A stretch of 64,000 nt of DNA, from IMG/VR virus record IMGVR_UViG_3300008740_000001, positions 1 to 64,000 of that record; one strand, given 5' to 3'. This stretch comes from a virus (taxonomy: Duplodnaviria; Caudoviricetes). This document shows, piece after piece, positions 46,819 to 56,273 of the stretch. The first letter of the stretch is position 1. Each line of letters opens with the position of its first letter. A program made the position numbers and the translations under genes. Below the pieces are notes generated by a model. It was not told the DNA's origin, searched no databases, and saw only the letters and a list, made by a program, of their open reading frames with translations.

Positions 46819-47517
46819 ATGGGAATTAATCATATAGGCAAGCTAGAGCGTCTTGAAACGGCGCTCCTACAAGCTGGAAAAGAATATCAAGGAGCAAAAG
46901 TGTGTGACTTGGGAAATCAAAGAATGTGGGAATCTGCTGCAGAAGGTTTGGGTATACCGATGGATTATTATGCAGGAGCTTATCTGCTTAAAGATTATTT
47001 TAAAAAGAAAAGGGTCTCTTTTCACACTTCAATCGATTTAAATGGAAAGGATGGTTCTTTGAGTCTAGATCTGACAAAACCAATTGATGTAGAAAAGATT
47101 GGGGGCCCCTTTACTGTGGTTACAAACTATGGTACTAGTGAACATGTGCCCGGTCAATATTGGTGTTTTAGAAATATTCATCATTTAGTAGAGCTTGGTG
47201 GCCTAATGTGTCATGTGGTGCCTCGTGTTGGAAATTGGGATGGCAAAAATTGTGGTTGCAAGAAACCTCATTGCCCATATTATTACGATACAGACTTTTT
47301 TGGTCTTTTGGCCGAGGCTAATGGTTATAAAATCATAGAGAACGATATATGCAATTATGATCACGAAACTCCCAAAAGAGCCCGGGAAGAATGTTTTGTA
47401 ATATATCAAAAGACCACAGAACAAGAGTTTGTTTCGCTCGATAAATTTGAAAAATTTCCAATAAAGTGTATTTCAAATCCGTCAAAAACAGGGAATTATT
47501 CCCCGGGAGGAAGATAA
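46819..47517 (+). CDS. class I SAM methyltransferase-like protein
   Basis: VCDLG, IDLNG, VVTNYGTSEHV, GGLMCH. Confidence 0.7.
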   Translation: MGINHIGKLERLETALLQAGKEYQGAKVCDLGNQRMWESAAEGLGIPMDYYAGAYLLKDYFKKKRVSFHTSIDLNGKDGSLSLDLTKPIDVEKIGGPFTVVTNYGTSEHVPGQYWCFRNIHHLVELGGLMCHVVPRVGNWDGKNCGCKKPHCPYYYDTDFFGLLAEANGYKIIENDICNYDHETPKRAREECFVIYQKTTEQEFVSLDKFEKFPIKCISNPSKTGNYSPGGR

Positions 47518-48510
47518 ATGTCAGAAACGGTTTTAGTAACCGGCGGAGCCGGCTTCATTGGCCATGCGGTAATTGAATATTTATTGGCCAACACAGATCA
47601 CAATGTGGTCTCACTAGATAGGTTGGATGTCTCAGGCAACTTGAATCGCTTGGGCGCCCTGATAGGGGAACATCCAGAATGGCGAACCCGACTAAGGATA
47701 GTGTGGCACGATCTTAAGGCCCCAGTGCACGATTACGTAATTAACAAAATTGGTCAGGTTGACTATATTTTACATTTGGCAGCCGGCTCACATGTTGATA
47801 GAAGCATTTTATATCCGCTGGAATATGTAATGGACAATGTTGTGGGCACATGTAACATCCTTGACTATGCACGTAAAGAGTGTGAAGATCTAAAGCTGTT
47901 TTTATATTTCAGCACGGATGAGGTCTTCGGCGCCGCCCCTCGTGGTATAACCTTTAAAGAAAATGATCGCTATAATGCCGGCAATCCTTATGCTGCATCT
48001 AAAGCTGCTGGGGAGGAGTTGTGTGTCGCATACGAAAATACATATAGCATGCCAATTATCATAACCCACACAATGAACGTATACGGACCTAGGCAGCATC
48101 CTGAAAAGTATTTGCCTCTTATTATCAACAAGGTGCTCAATGGAGATACACTGGAGGTGCATTCAAATCCGCAGCTTACAGAAGCTAGCAAGAGGCATTA
48201 TTTGCACTCTAGGGATGTAGCTGCAGCAGTTCATTTTTTGATGCAAAATCACAAAGTTGGCGAAAAATACAATATTGTGGCAAACGAAGAGACAGATAAT
48301 TTAGATTTAGCAATTAAGATTGCCGAAATCATTGGCAAGCCTTTAAAGTATAAATTGGTCGACCCACAGATTACCAGACCCCGCCATGACTTTCGTTACG
48401 CACTGTGCGGAGAAAAGCTGAGAGAAATGGGATGGACTCAGGAAATTGAACTTGTGTCGGGATTAGAAGAAGTTGTTCAATGGTTTATTGAAAACGAGCA
48501 CTGGAGGTAA
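47518..48510 (+). CDS. rfbB: dTDP-glucose 4,6-dehydratase-like extended SDR
   Basis: TGGAGFIG, AAGSHVDRS, STDEV, YAASK. Confidence 0.88.
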   Translation: MSETVLVTGGAGFIGHAVIEYLLANTDHNVVSLDRLDVSGNLNRLGALIGEHPEWRTRLRIVWHDLKAPVHDYVINKIGQVDYILHLAAGSHVDRSILYPLEYVMDNVVGTCNILDYARKECEDLKLFLYFSTDEVFGAAPRGITFKENDRYNAGNPYAASKAAGEELCVAYENTYSMPIIITHTMNVYGPRQHPEKYLPLIINKVLNGDTLEVHSNPQLTEASKRHYLHSRDVAAAVHFLMQNHKVGEKYNIVANEETDNLDLAIKIAEIIGKPLKYKLVDPQITRPRHDFRYALCGEKLREMGWTQEIELVSGLEEVVQWFIENEHWR

Positions 48511-48514
48511 TTAA

Positions 48515-48958
48515 ATGATTTGGATAGCACATAGGGGGAATATTGATGGCCCAAAACCCGAAATGGAAAACCGGCCGGAATATTTATTAGCCGCCACTGA
48601 AAAAGGTTATGATGTAGAAGTAGATGTTTGGCTAGCCGGAGATAAATTATTTCTTGGTCATGACGAGCCTCAATATGAAACAAATATCGAGTTTTTAAAT
48701 AATGAGCATTTTTGGTGTCATTGTAAAAATGCCGAAGCGCTCAAGCTTTTGCTTGAGCATGGAATTCACTGTTTCTTCCATATCGGAGATGATGTTACAT
48801 TGACCTCAAAGAACTACATCTGGACCTTTCCGAAGAAAAGATTGATCTCCGGAGCCATTTGTGTCATGCCAGAATATGGCTACAGGGGCGATATTGATGG
48901 ATGTATCGGCGTGTGCAGCGATAATATTCTTGAATGGGAGAAGCGATATAATGGCTGA
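48515..48958 (+). CDS. glycerophosphodiester phosphodiesterase-like (GDPD/PLC) protein
   Basis: IAHRGN, DVEVDVW, LGHD, HCKN. Confidence 0.75.
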   Translation: MIWIAHRGNIDGPKPEMENRPEYLLAATEKGYDVEVDVWLAGDKLFLGHDEPQYETNIEFLNNEHFWCHCKNAEALKLLLEHGIHCFFHIGDDVTLTSKNYIWTFPKKRLISGAICVMPEYGYRGDIDGCIGVCSDNILEWEKRYNG

Positions 48959-49301
48959 AGTATATACAGAAGAGCGTCCATGGGGCAAGTTTGAGAACCT
49001 ATTAGAATCAGATTACTGTAAAGTAAAGAGGATTACGGTTAACCCGGGTCAAAGGTTGAGTTATCAATATCACCATAAGCGTAATGAAGTTTGGACAATC
49101 GTGCAGGGTACTGGGCTGATAACTATAGACGACAACGCAACTTGGATCCAAAAAGGAACAACGGTTGAAATCCCCGCCGGCTCAAAACATAGGATTCAAA
49201 ACGCGACCGAGGGACCCCTTGTATTTATCGAGGTCCAGCACGGCTCCTATTTCGGTGAAGATGACATTGTAAGGATTAGTGATGATTACGAAAGAAACTG
49301 A
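48951..49301 (+). CDS. mannose-6-phosphate isomerase type II-like cupin
   Basis: EERPWG, SYQYHHKRNEVW, EVQHGSYFGEDDIVR; start set at MAEVY. Confidence 0.88.
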   Translation: MAEVYTEERPWGKFENLLESDYCKVKRITVNPGQRLSYQYHHKRNEVWTIVQGTGLITIDDNATWIQKGTTVEIPAGSKHRIQNATEGPLVFIEVQHGSYFGEDDIVRISDDYERN

Positions 49302-49926
49302 GGATAAAGTTTCAAAGGTGATTTGCAAAGACAAGGAATTGTTCTTTGTGCATATACCGAAAAACTATGGCACTTCAATAATGCACATCGTATTCCAAGA
49401 TATTCGCGGTGCCGCCACTCACATGACGGCGGATCAGATCAACTCGATAGAACAATATTCAGAGTATAAAAACTTTTGTTTTGTCAGAGATCCTATTGAA
49501 AGGTTCATAAGTGTATATTTGTGGCGTAAGCGAAAAGACGAGCTTATTGCCCCTTTGGGCCTTGCTGGTACGCTGGATCTTCTGTGTGAGTCGGGCATGA
49601 ATCAAGTAATTGGGAAAGATTTCCAAACTGAGCCAGACAAGCTTAATAGAATGTTTTTGAAACAATCAACGTGGGTTAATCAAAATACTGTATTTGTGGG
49701 CAGGTGTGAAAACTTTGTTTACGATTTGAACAGTTTGAAGAATAAGTATGATTTGGATTTCCCCATCCGCGAGCTTAAAACCAATCGTCAACTTAAGTCT
49801 ACAAAAAAAGAAACAAAAAGTAAACTTCTCAATATTTTTGATAATTCTCCCGACTTGAAGAATAAATTTTATGAATATTACGACGAAGATTACGAGCGCT
49901 TCCAATACAGTAGGGAGACCTCATGA
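49279..49926 (+). CDS. sulfotransferase family 2 protein
   Basis: FVHIPKNYGTS, FVRDPIERFIS, YDEDYERFQY. Confidence 0.85.
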   Translation: MMITKETEDKVSKVICKDKELFFVHIPKNYGTSIMHIVFQDIRGAATHMTADQINSIEQYSEYKNFCFVRDPIERFISVYLWRKRKDELIAPLGLAGTLDLLCESGMNQVIGKDFQTEPDKLNRMFLKQSTWVNQNTVFVGRCENFVYDLNSLKNKYDLDFPIRELKTNRQLKSTKKETKSKLLNIFDNSPDLKNKFYEYYDEDYERFQYSRETS

Positions 49927-50825
49927 CAGCAGAACAGAAATGGTTAACCCCAGATCATGCCGGTTTTTATAGGGGCGGCCACCCATCGGTGTATTGGTAT
50001 AATGATAGAGTCATGGAACGCAGAAAGTTGTATCCAAACTGGGAATCTCTGCGGGATGAAAATAAGGCTCTCACTGCAGTCGCCCACCGTGTAGCTCACG
50101 ACGGGTATTATAAAATTGAGGATTTTTGGAACACAGATTTGTTAGATCAGCTTAGAGATCAAACATTGCAACTTATGGAGCAAAACCACCCGGACAAAAT
50201 TAAACACCCCCAAGAAGGTCGCCATACACAGGTTTATATGCCTTTGTTGAATGCTCCTGTTGCAAATCAGCTGGCAACCGATCCACGCATCCTTGCTATA
50301 GCGACTGCTTTTCTAAATTGTTTCCCGGCATTAGGCACATCAAATTTACGATTGAGTACGGCGGAAAAGTCCGAATCAAAGGGCACCTGTATGTTCCATA
50401 GAGATTTTAACAGCCCAGTAAAGTTTATTAAGTTTTTTACATATCTCAACGACGTTACAATGGAAAATGGTCCGTTTACTTACGTGGAGGCCTCGAACAG
50501 AGAAATGCCAGTACAGCCACATTGGAGCACTCATCACCGATGGCCAGATGAAACAATAGAGTCGATTTATGGAAAAGATAGAATAAAGAACATAACGGCG
50601 AATTACGGCGATCTCTTGATAGCCACAACGGTTGGTTTTCACAAGGGCCTACAGTTACAAAAAGGCAGTCGATTAATGCTTACGTTGAATTATCTTGTAC
50701 ATCCCGAGCTTGGCGGACAGGGCATTTATGGTCCGCCCGAACAACCGCATCAAGTTTCAATGGAAACATTTAAGTCTACAAAGCACCCTGAATCTGGCTT
50801 GTACGATTTTATGACCAAGGTATGA
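49923..50825 (+). CDS. PhyH-like Fe(II)/2-oxoglutarate dioxygenase
   Basis: FHRD, KFFTYLNDV...GPF, FHKG. Confidence 0.8.
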   Translation: MTAEQKWLTPDHAGFYRGGHPSVYWYNDRVMERRKLYPNWESLRDENKALTAVAHRVAHDGYYKIEDFWNTDLLDQLRDQTLQLMEQNHPDKIKHPQEGRHTQVYMPLLNAPVANQLATDPRILAIATAFLNCFPALGTSNLRLSTAEKSESKGTCMFHRDFNSPVKFIKFFTYLNDVTMENGPFTYVEASNREMPVQPHWSTHHRWPDETIESIYGKDRIKNITANYGDLLIATTVGFHKGLQLQKGSRLMLTLNYLVHPELGGQGIYGPPEQPHQVSMETFKSTKHPESGLYDFMTKV

Positions 50826-50826
50826 A

Positions 50827-51660
50827 ATGAAAACTGCACTAATTATCCCGGGCCACATAAGAAATATAGACCAGACAATAGATAATCAAAAGTCAAAACT
50901 GATTAAGCCCAACGATTGTGATATTTTCGTGTATACATCAACCATGAATACTCAACGCTGGACCATCCACACTCAGGATCGCAGATACTATCATGCTCCG
51001 AAGGGCGAAATTCACCATAGCAACAGGTATTTGAAACAAAGCGCCGGCACTGTGGGTTCTATTTATCTTCTAGATAAAGAATATGTTGCAGATGTGTTAA
51101 GAAGGAATTATGGTGAAAGATTGAAAGGCTATGTCATAGAAGAAGAAATTCCAAATGACGCCAGCAGAGAACTGGATCACTTGAAATGGGAATTTCACAG
51201 AGTTAGACAATTTAAAAAAGCATACGAATGCAACAAATTAATGCATGAGCACGAAGAAGAGCATGGGTTTAAATATGATTTTGTCATCCGCGCCCGCACG
51301 GATATCACATTAGACCAAACAATCACTCCGGTTGATTACGCCAGTGCTTATATCAGTGAATATTCACGGGAAGAATACGAAAAGTCTGTATTTCTCTTTG
51401 GAGGCTGGCCCGATCCCACCGGAAGAAGCAAATCTGGTAGGGGGTTGTTTGATGGATTTGCTTTCGGCCACCCCACAGCGATGGATGTTTATTTTGATGT
51501 TTATAATACCAAAAAGATATACGAAAACAGTGGCCACCCAACGGATCTTGAACATCCCGCTAACCAGCTAGAACAACATATAGAAGAAAATAATGTGGAA
51601 CTGGTTTATCTTAAAGGCTGGACAGGGAAGCATAATCGGGGATATAAACTTACTAGGTGA
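50827..51660 (+). CDS. glycan-locus protein, putative glycosyltransferase-like
   Basis: KTALIIPGHIR ... YDFVIRARTD ... DGFAFG pattern typical of viral glycan loci. Confidence 0.6.
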   Translation: MKTALIIPGHIRNIDQTIDNQKSKLIKPNDCDIFVYTSTMNTQRWTIHTQDRRYYHAPKGEIHHSNRYLKQSAGTVGSIYLLDKEYVADVLRRNYGERLKGYVIEEEIPNDASRELDHLKWEFHRVRQFKKAYECNKLMHEHEEEHGFKYDFVIRARTDITLDQTITPVDYASAYISEYSREEYEKSVFLFGGWPDPTGRSKSGRGLFDGFAFGHPTAMDVYFDVYNTKKIYENSGHPTDLEHPANQLEQHIEENNVELVYLKGWTGKHNRGYKLTR

Positions 51661-51669
51661 AAATAACAA

Positions 51670-51990
51670 ATGATTGTATACATTGACATAGACGAAACAA
51701 TAGCAGACACACCAGCAGATAGGAATTACAGCCTATCGACACCAATTAGAGAAAATATTGAAAAAGCCAACAGATACTACGAAGATGGCCACACTGTTGT
51801 TTATTGGACAGCACGAGGCAGCGGCAGTGGAATTGATTGGTATGAGATAACCAGAGATCAACTTCAGTCATGGGGCGTCAAATACCATGAACTCAAGTTG
51901 GGAAAACCAATTTATGATTTATTCATTGATGATAAAGCAATGAACCCAGCAGAATGGGAAAACAAAGGAGAAAAAAATGAATCAGAATGA
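51670..51990 (+). CDS. small HAD phosphatase (capsule-biosynthesis type)
   Basis: IDIDETI, WTARG, GKP, FIDDKA. Confidence 0.85.
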   Translation: MIVYIDIDETIADTPADRNYSLSTPIRENIEKANRYYEDGHTVVYWTARGSGSGIDWYEITRDQLQSWGVKYHELKLGKPIYDLFIDDKAMNPAEWENKGEKNESE

Positions 51991-52207
51991 AACAGAGAAA
52001 AATATGCACTTATCCGAACAGGCAATGGGTGCAGTTATGATGGCTTTACAAAAGAGTCTTTTGGAACAATCGGACATAGTGCCGGTTCTCAAGCAAATGA
52101 AGTTCAGGCTTTCTGAGCAGGGGCTGATTGTGATGAACCCACCGATTGTACATGCGAACTCTCCTGCTGTCGAAACGACCGAAGTCGATACAGCGACATT
52201 TGAATAA
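51977..52207 (+). CDS. hypothetical protein
   Basis: 76 aa; LSEQAMGAVMMALQK...LIVMNPP. Confidence 0.7.
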   Translation: MNQNETEKNMHLSEQAMGAVMMALQKSLLEQSDIVPVLKQMKFRLSEQGLIVMNPPIVHANSPAVETTEVDTATFE

Positions 52208-52470
52208 TGCCGAGGTATTCGTATTATTGTGAAATTTGCAGAGAGGCCTCAGATGTATTTCATTTAATTGGCGAATCTGTCGAACACTGCCCAATATGTG
52301 ACGTGACAGGCAGCTTATCCAAAATGGTTTCAACGCCGACTATAAATTCGAAAGCTGCTGTCCAAAACACTTCGGTTAAAGAGAGGGTAGTTAAACATAT
52401 TGATGATGCTAAGAGAGATTTAAAACTACAATTAGAAGAATTAAAAAACGAGGATTTAATTAACGAATGA
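52207..52470 (+). CDS. FmdB-like zinc-ribbon protein
   Basis: MPRYSYYCEIC ... CPIC. Confidence 0.85.
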   Translation: MPRYSYYCEICREASDVFHLIGESVEHCPICDVTGSLSKMVSTPTINSKAAVQNTSVKERVVKHIDDAKRDLKLQLEELKNEDLINE

Positions 52471-52841
52471 CAATTGCAACAAATTTAATAATTGTATTGA
52501 CAATTATTTTTACAATATCCGCACTTTTAAACGCAGTGCTGATTTGGTACACGAGGGTATCAATACAAAAGTTTTCATTTATTTCAGAGAACATACAAGA
52601 CTTAAAAGATTCCATAGCACATTATGAGAATCACTTAAAATCAGTATACGAAATGGAGATGTTTTATGGAGACGAAACCTTAAAGAGCCTAATCGAACAC
52701 ACCCGAGCTTTGAGCGGGTCGATGTCTCTCTATGATGACTTTTATGATCTTTTTGGAATCGAAGTATTGGAGGAAGAAATCGAGGAAGAAGAAATCGAGG
52801 AGGAACTAGCAGATGACGAAGCGCAGACGCAGGCGATCTAG
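52467..52841 (+). CDS. membrane-anchored coiled-coil protein
   Basis: N-terminal TM; YEMEMFYGDETLKSL; acidic tail. Confidence 0.7.
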   Translation: MTIATNLIIVLTIIFTISALLNAVLIWYTRVSIQKFSFISENIQDLKDSIAHYENHLKSVYEMEMFYGDETLKSLIEHTRALSGSMSLYDDFYDLFGIEVLEEEIEEEEIEEELADDEAQTQAI

Positions 52842-53517
52842 GGGTGGCTCTGGAAAGCAATATTTCACAAAAGATCACGAAGATGCGATAATCAAATACG
52901 TTGCTACGACGGATATCCGCGAGCGCACATATTTATATGAAAAATGGATCGGTCCTGCTTTTAACGAGATGGTCGATAAAATTTGCTACACATATAACTT
53001 TACTAATCTGTCAAATGTAGCTGAGTTGAGAGAAGAGTGTAAGGTGTGGTTAACTACAATTCTTGACAAGTACGATCCCAGCAAGGGCTCTAAGGCCTTT
53101 TCTTATTTTTCGGTGATCACAAAAAACTGGTTTATTCACAAAGTAAAGAGGCAACAAAAACAGCTTTGCCGTGAACAAGATATCGAGTCGATTTCTAATC
53201 AAACTCATCTCGATCACATGTCGACAGAAAACAAGTATTTGCCGGAGAGGATGGAGAGGGAATTCTGGATGCTTTTATGGAAAGAGATGGAGTCGTGGGA
53301 TACAGAAACCATGAAAGAGAATGAAAGAAAGGTTTATGAAGCGATAAAGATTTTGTTATCAAATCCAGATGATATAGAAATTTTTAACAAAAAAGCTATT
53401 TATTTATACTTGAGGGAAATTACTGGTCTGAATACAAAACAGGTCGTCAACAATCTCAATAAAATGCGCAAGCGATATCGGACCTTTAAAGATAAGTGGA
53501 ATGGTGGAGAGTTATGA
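52813..53517 (+). CDS. sigma-factor-like protein (candidate late sigma, gp55-like)
   Basis: YFT..HE.AII.Y and YDPSKGSKAFSYFSVI resemble sigma region 2; C-terminal HTH-like LREITGLNTKQV. Confidence 0.6.
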   Translation: MTKRRRRRSRGGSGKQYFTKDHEDAIIKYVATTDIRERTYLYEKWIGPAFNEMVDKICYTYNFTNLSNVAELREECKVWLTTILDKYDPSKGSKAFSYFSVITKNWFIHKVKRQQKQLCREQDIESISNQTHLDHMSTENKYLPERMEREFWMLLWKEMESWDTETMKENERKVYEAIKILLSNPDDIEIFNKKAIYLYLREITGLNTKQVVNNLNKMRKRYRTFKDKWNGGEL

Positions 53518-53798
53518 AACTAGATGACTACATTACTGAAGTAATTGATAACATCCGCGAAGATCGAGAAGTTACTAAAGAACTTCTAAACGACGCGATC
53601 AATTATATGAGCAATAAGACCGACGCTCACGAGTCAGTTGGTCAAATTGCGGCAAAGTATGTAGAAACGCTCCAGCGTTCAAACGAGCAACTGGTGAAGA
53701 TCACTGGATTGCTGCACAAACGAGAGCAGGGCACCGAAGGGCTGACCGAAGAAGATAAGAAAGCCGTGTTCGATATGATCAGCGCGGGAGAGGTATAA
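53514..53798 (+). CDS. helical hypothetical protein
   Basis: Start set at MKLDDY (ATGA overlap). Confidence 0.7.
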   Translation: MKLDDYITEVIDNIREDREVTKELLNDAINYMSNKTDAHESVGQIAAKYVETLQRSNEQLVKITGLLHKREQGTEGLTEEDKKAVFDMISAGEV

Positions 53799-55201
53799 TG
53801 ACAACAGAAGATCGATATTTACCCGGCACTCTAAACCCCGAGGCTATGAAGATCTCGGCGGATCATTATGAATTTCCAGCTTCTACAGATAATACAGACT
53901 TCTTTCCAAGGTTTCACGAATCGATCCTCAAGGGGGCAGCCCCTGACAGTTTTAAAGGCGTTAGTAGATATAAGGGCATGGTGATTTCCCAGCCAACCAA
54001 GGAAGTGGTAGGCGGAGGCTGGTTTAAAAAAGGAAAGCCCAGATATAGTTTCAGAGTGAGAATTCCAGAACTACACAGTGCTATACAGGATCCTTGCTCT
54101 ATTGCTCCCGATGGAGGTACTGGTGCAAACCTTGAAGACTCGCAGAGAAAGCTTGTGTGTATGCACCCGATGGCCATTACCGCAAACGATAATGAGAATG
54201 GTGATACTTTGCCGGAACCTAGCTTGGGCGATATAGTCTGGATTGAGTTCGAAAAAGGGCCCTCTGGGGGCCGCATGGGCTCACCAATTTATGTTGGCCG
54301 TTTTAGTAAAGGTGCCGGCACAAACGGCCTAAGTGATGCGTGTTCTTCTTTAGCAAACCTTAATTGGGACGGCTCTACGCTTGGTGGAAACGGCTATGCG
54401 CCTGCCGGCGGCTACCCCGGGGATCCATCTTCGTGGCCAGTTAGTGAAGGCGCACAGCATATAACAGACGAAGCGGCGGAAGATCTGCACGAAGTGGCCA
54501 GAACTTATTACGAAGAACACGGGTTTGATTGGCGTACTAATCCGTCAGAGCTTAACATTATGGGAATGAGAAACACAAACACACAAACAAACAACTCTTT
54601 CGATGATAAGATGATATGCATGTATACTGATGACGCCGGCGCTCAATATGTAGACGTGTGGCCCTGCACCACCCGCCCGGGCCGGTCTTCTATGACTGGT
54701 GCCGGAGGCTATGGGATTGCGATTTTGATTCCGTCTGCGGCCCAGTATCATTCGGATGATCCGTCATTACATCCCGACAGCAGAAAGATCCCAAGCGCCG
54801 GCCAAAAGTCATATGATCTTGGCCGAGGCGGGTCGAACAAAGAAGAAAGAGGCCGGCCAGATCGATCCGATCCGGGTCAGGCATATCGTGATAGCAACAA
54901 TGATGATGTGTTCAACTATGATCCCAACACAATTGGAGGGTGCATTCAATGTCAGCTTCATGATACATCTCCGGGCAGATCGATGAGCAAAGGGGTTGAC
55001 GGCTACTCAGAGGGATGCCAAGTTTGGGGCCAATACGAGGATTTTCAGTTTTTCTTGTCTCTATGGAAGAAGCAGATAGCTGTAGGGGTGTCTGATCTTG
55101 ATTACGTTCTTATCAACGCAGAAGACTTGAGCGAGTTGTGGAGCACAACGACATCTTCAACGGCCACTGACGAGCCACAAGCAGGAGATCCGGTAGAGTA
55201 A
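53798..55201 (+). CDS. baseplate hub protein: gp5/Vgr OB-fold-like N-half plus L,D-transpeptidase-like C-half
   Basis: RVRIPEL...PSLGDIVWIEFE...PIYVG; C-half QLH...YSEGCQV (His/Cys). Confidence 0.7.
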   Translation: MTTEDRYLPGTLNPEAMKISADHYEFPASTDNTDFFPRFHESILKGAAPDSFKGVSRYKGMVISQPTKEVVGGGWFKKGKPRYSFRVRIPELHSAIQDPCSIAPDGGTGANLEDSQRKLVCMHPMAITANDNENGDTLPEPSLGDIVWIEFEKGPSGGRMGSPIYVGRFSKGAGTNGLSDACSSLANLNWDGSTLGGNGYAPAGGYPGDPSSWPVSEGAQHITDEAAEDLHEVARTYYEEHGFDWRTNPSELNIMGMRNTNTQTNNSFDDKMICMYTDDAGAQYVDVWPCTTRPGRSSMTGAGGYGIAILIPSAAQYHSDDPSLHPDSRKIPSAGQKSYDLGRGGSNKEERGRPDRSDPGQAYRDSNNDDVFNYDPNTIGGCIQCQLHDTSPGRSMSKGVDGYSEGCQVWGQYEDFQFFLSLWKKQIAVGVSDLDYVLINAEDLSELWSTTTSSTATDEPQAGDPVE

Positions 55202-55212
55202 TGAGGAATTAA

Positions 55213-56265
55213 ATGGGACTTTGGAGCAAAGGCCGCGATAAAGGTCGTGAACAAAAAAACATAGACCCCGAAAAGGCAAAAAAGCTAGAAGAGATTAAGT
55301 CGGGCGAAGGCTCCTTTACAGAGGAGGGCGCCCAAGCACGTAAGCGAGTTGTAGGCGGCATTGGTTGTGACACAATCATCGAGCCCGTGCCAGAATTCGA
55401 CCGTGCACCCTGTGAGACGGTGATGCACGGAGAGAACAATCAATGGATTGTTTTAGGCAGAGATCGTCCTGCGAACCGCGCTAGCGGTTATGGTGGAGCC
55501 GGCCATACTCACTGCGGAATGGTTGATATTGTTGTTGGTAGGGCATCTAGTAAGAATAACGGTCTTAAGGCCGCCGGCCCAAGTGACGAAGATGTTGTAG
55601 GAAACAACTGGTTCAACGACGCAGCTAGAATTTATATTAGTGCTAAGACTGATATTGATAAGAACTTGGGCCTCTCTCGTGGCACCTTGGGGAATAAGAA
55701 GGCGCAGTCTGGCATCGCGCTTAAAGCGGATCAGGTCCGCATCGTTGGTCGCGGCGGAATCAAGATTGTAACAGGAAAGGCTCAAAATGTTAAGGTTGGT
55801 GCCGGCGGAGAAAAGCTTTCTAATGGGGCCAAGGAAATTACACCATCCCCTATCATTGAGCTTATTGCGGGAAATCAAGACGGCTCTTCAAGACACTTCT
55901 CTATCGACAAAGGCTTTTTTACAGTTAACAATGTCCAACCGGCCGTTTTAGGAGAAAATTTGATAGAAGCCATGACCGAACTGATTGATTTAGTAAATCA
56001 GCTTCAGGGCGCCGTTACAAATTTTGCAACTCAGCAGACTATTTTTAACGGCGTGGCGGCTGTACATACTCATCCAGTTGTTCTGGCGTATACAACACCT
56101 TCTCCCGAGATGGCATCGACGGGTATCAACAATCTAATCAAAATGGCGACAGATGTCCATATACCTCTCTTTTCACAAAAGGTTAACACTATGTTATATG
56201 AAATGAACTATTTACAGCCATTCGGAATGAACTATATTAATAGCCGGAGCGTTAGGATCACCTAG
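55213..56265 (+). CDS. baseplate spike-like protein
   Basis: Beta-repeat-like ALKADQVRIVGR...IKIVTG; C-terminal HTHP metal-binding tip; position in tail module. Confidence 0.6.
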   Translation: MGLWSKGRDKGREQKNIDPEKAKKLEEIKSGEGSFTEEGAQARKRVVGGIGCDTIIEPVPEFDRAPCETVMHGENNQWIVLGRDRPANRASGYGGAGHTHCGMVDIVVGRASSKNNGLKAAGPSDEDVVGNNWFNDAARIYISAKTDIDKNLGLSRGTLGNKKAQSGIALKADQVRIVGRGGIKIVTGKAQNVKVGAGGEKLSNGAKEITPSPIIELIAGNQDGSSRHFSIDKGFFTVNNVQPAVLGENLIEAMTELIDLVNQLQGAVTNFATQQTIFNGVAAVHTHPVVLAYTTPSPEMASTGINNLIKMATDVHIPLFSQKVNTMLYEMNYLQPFGMNYINSRSVRIT

Positions 56266-56273
56266 GAAAAACC

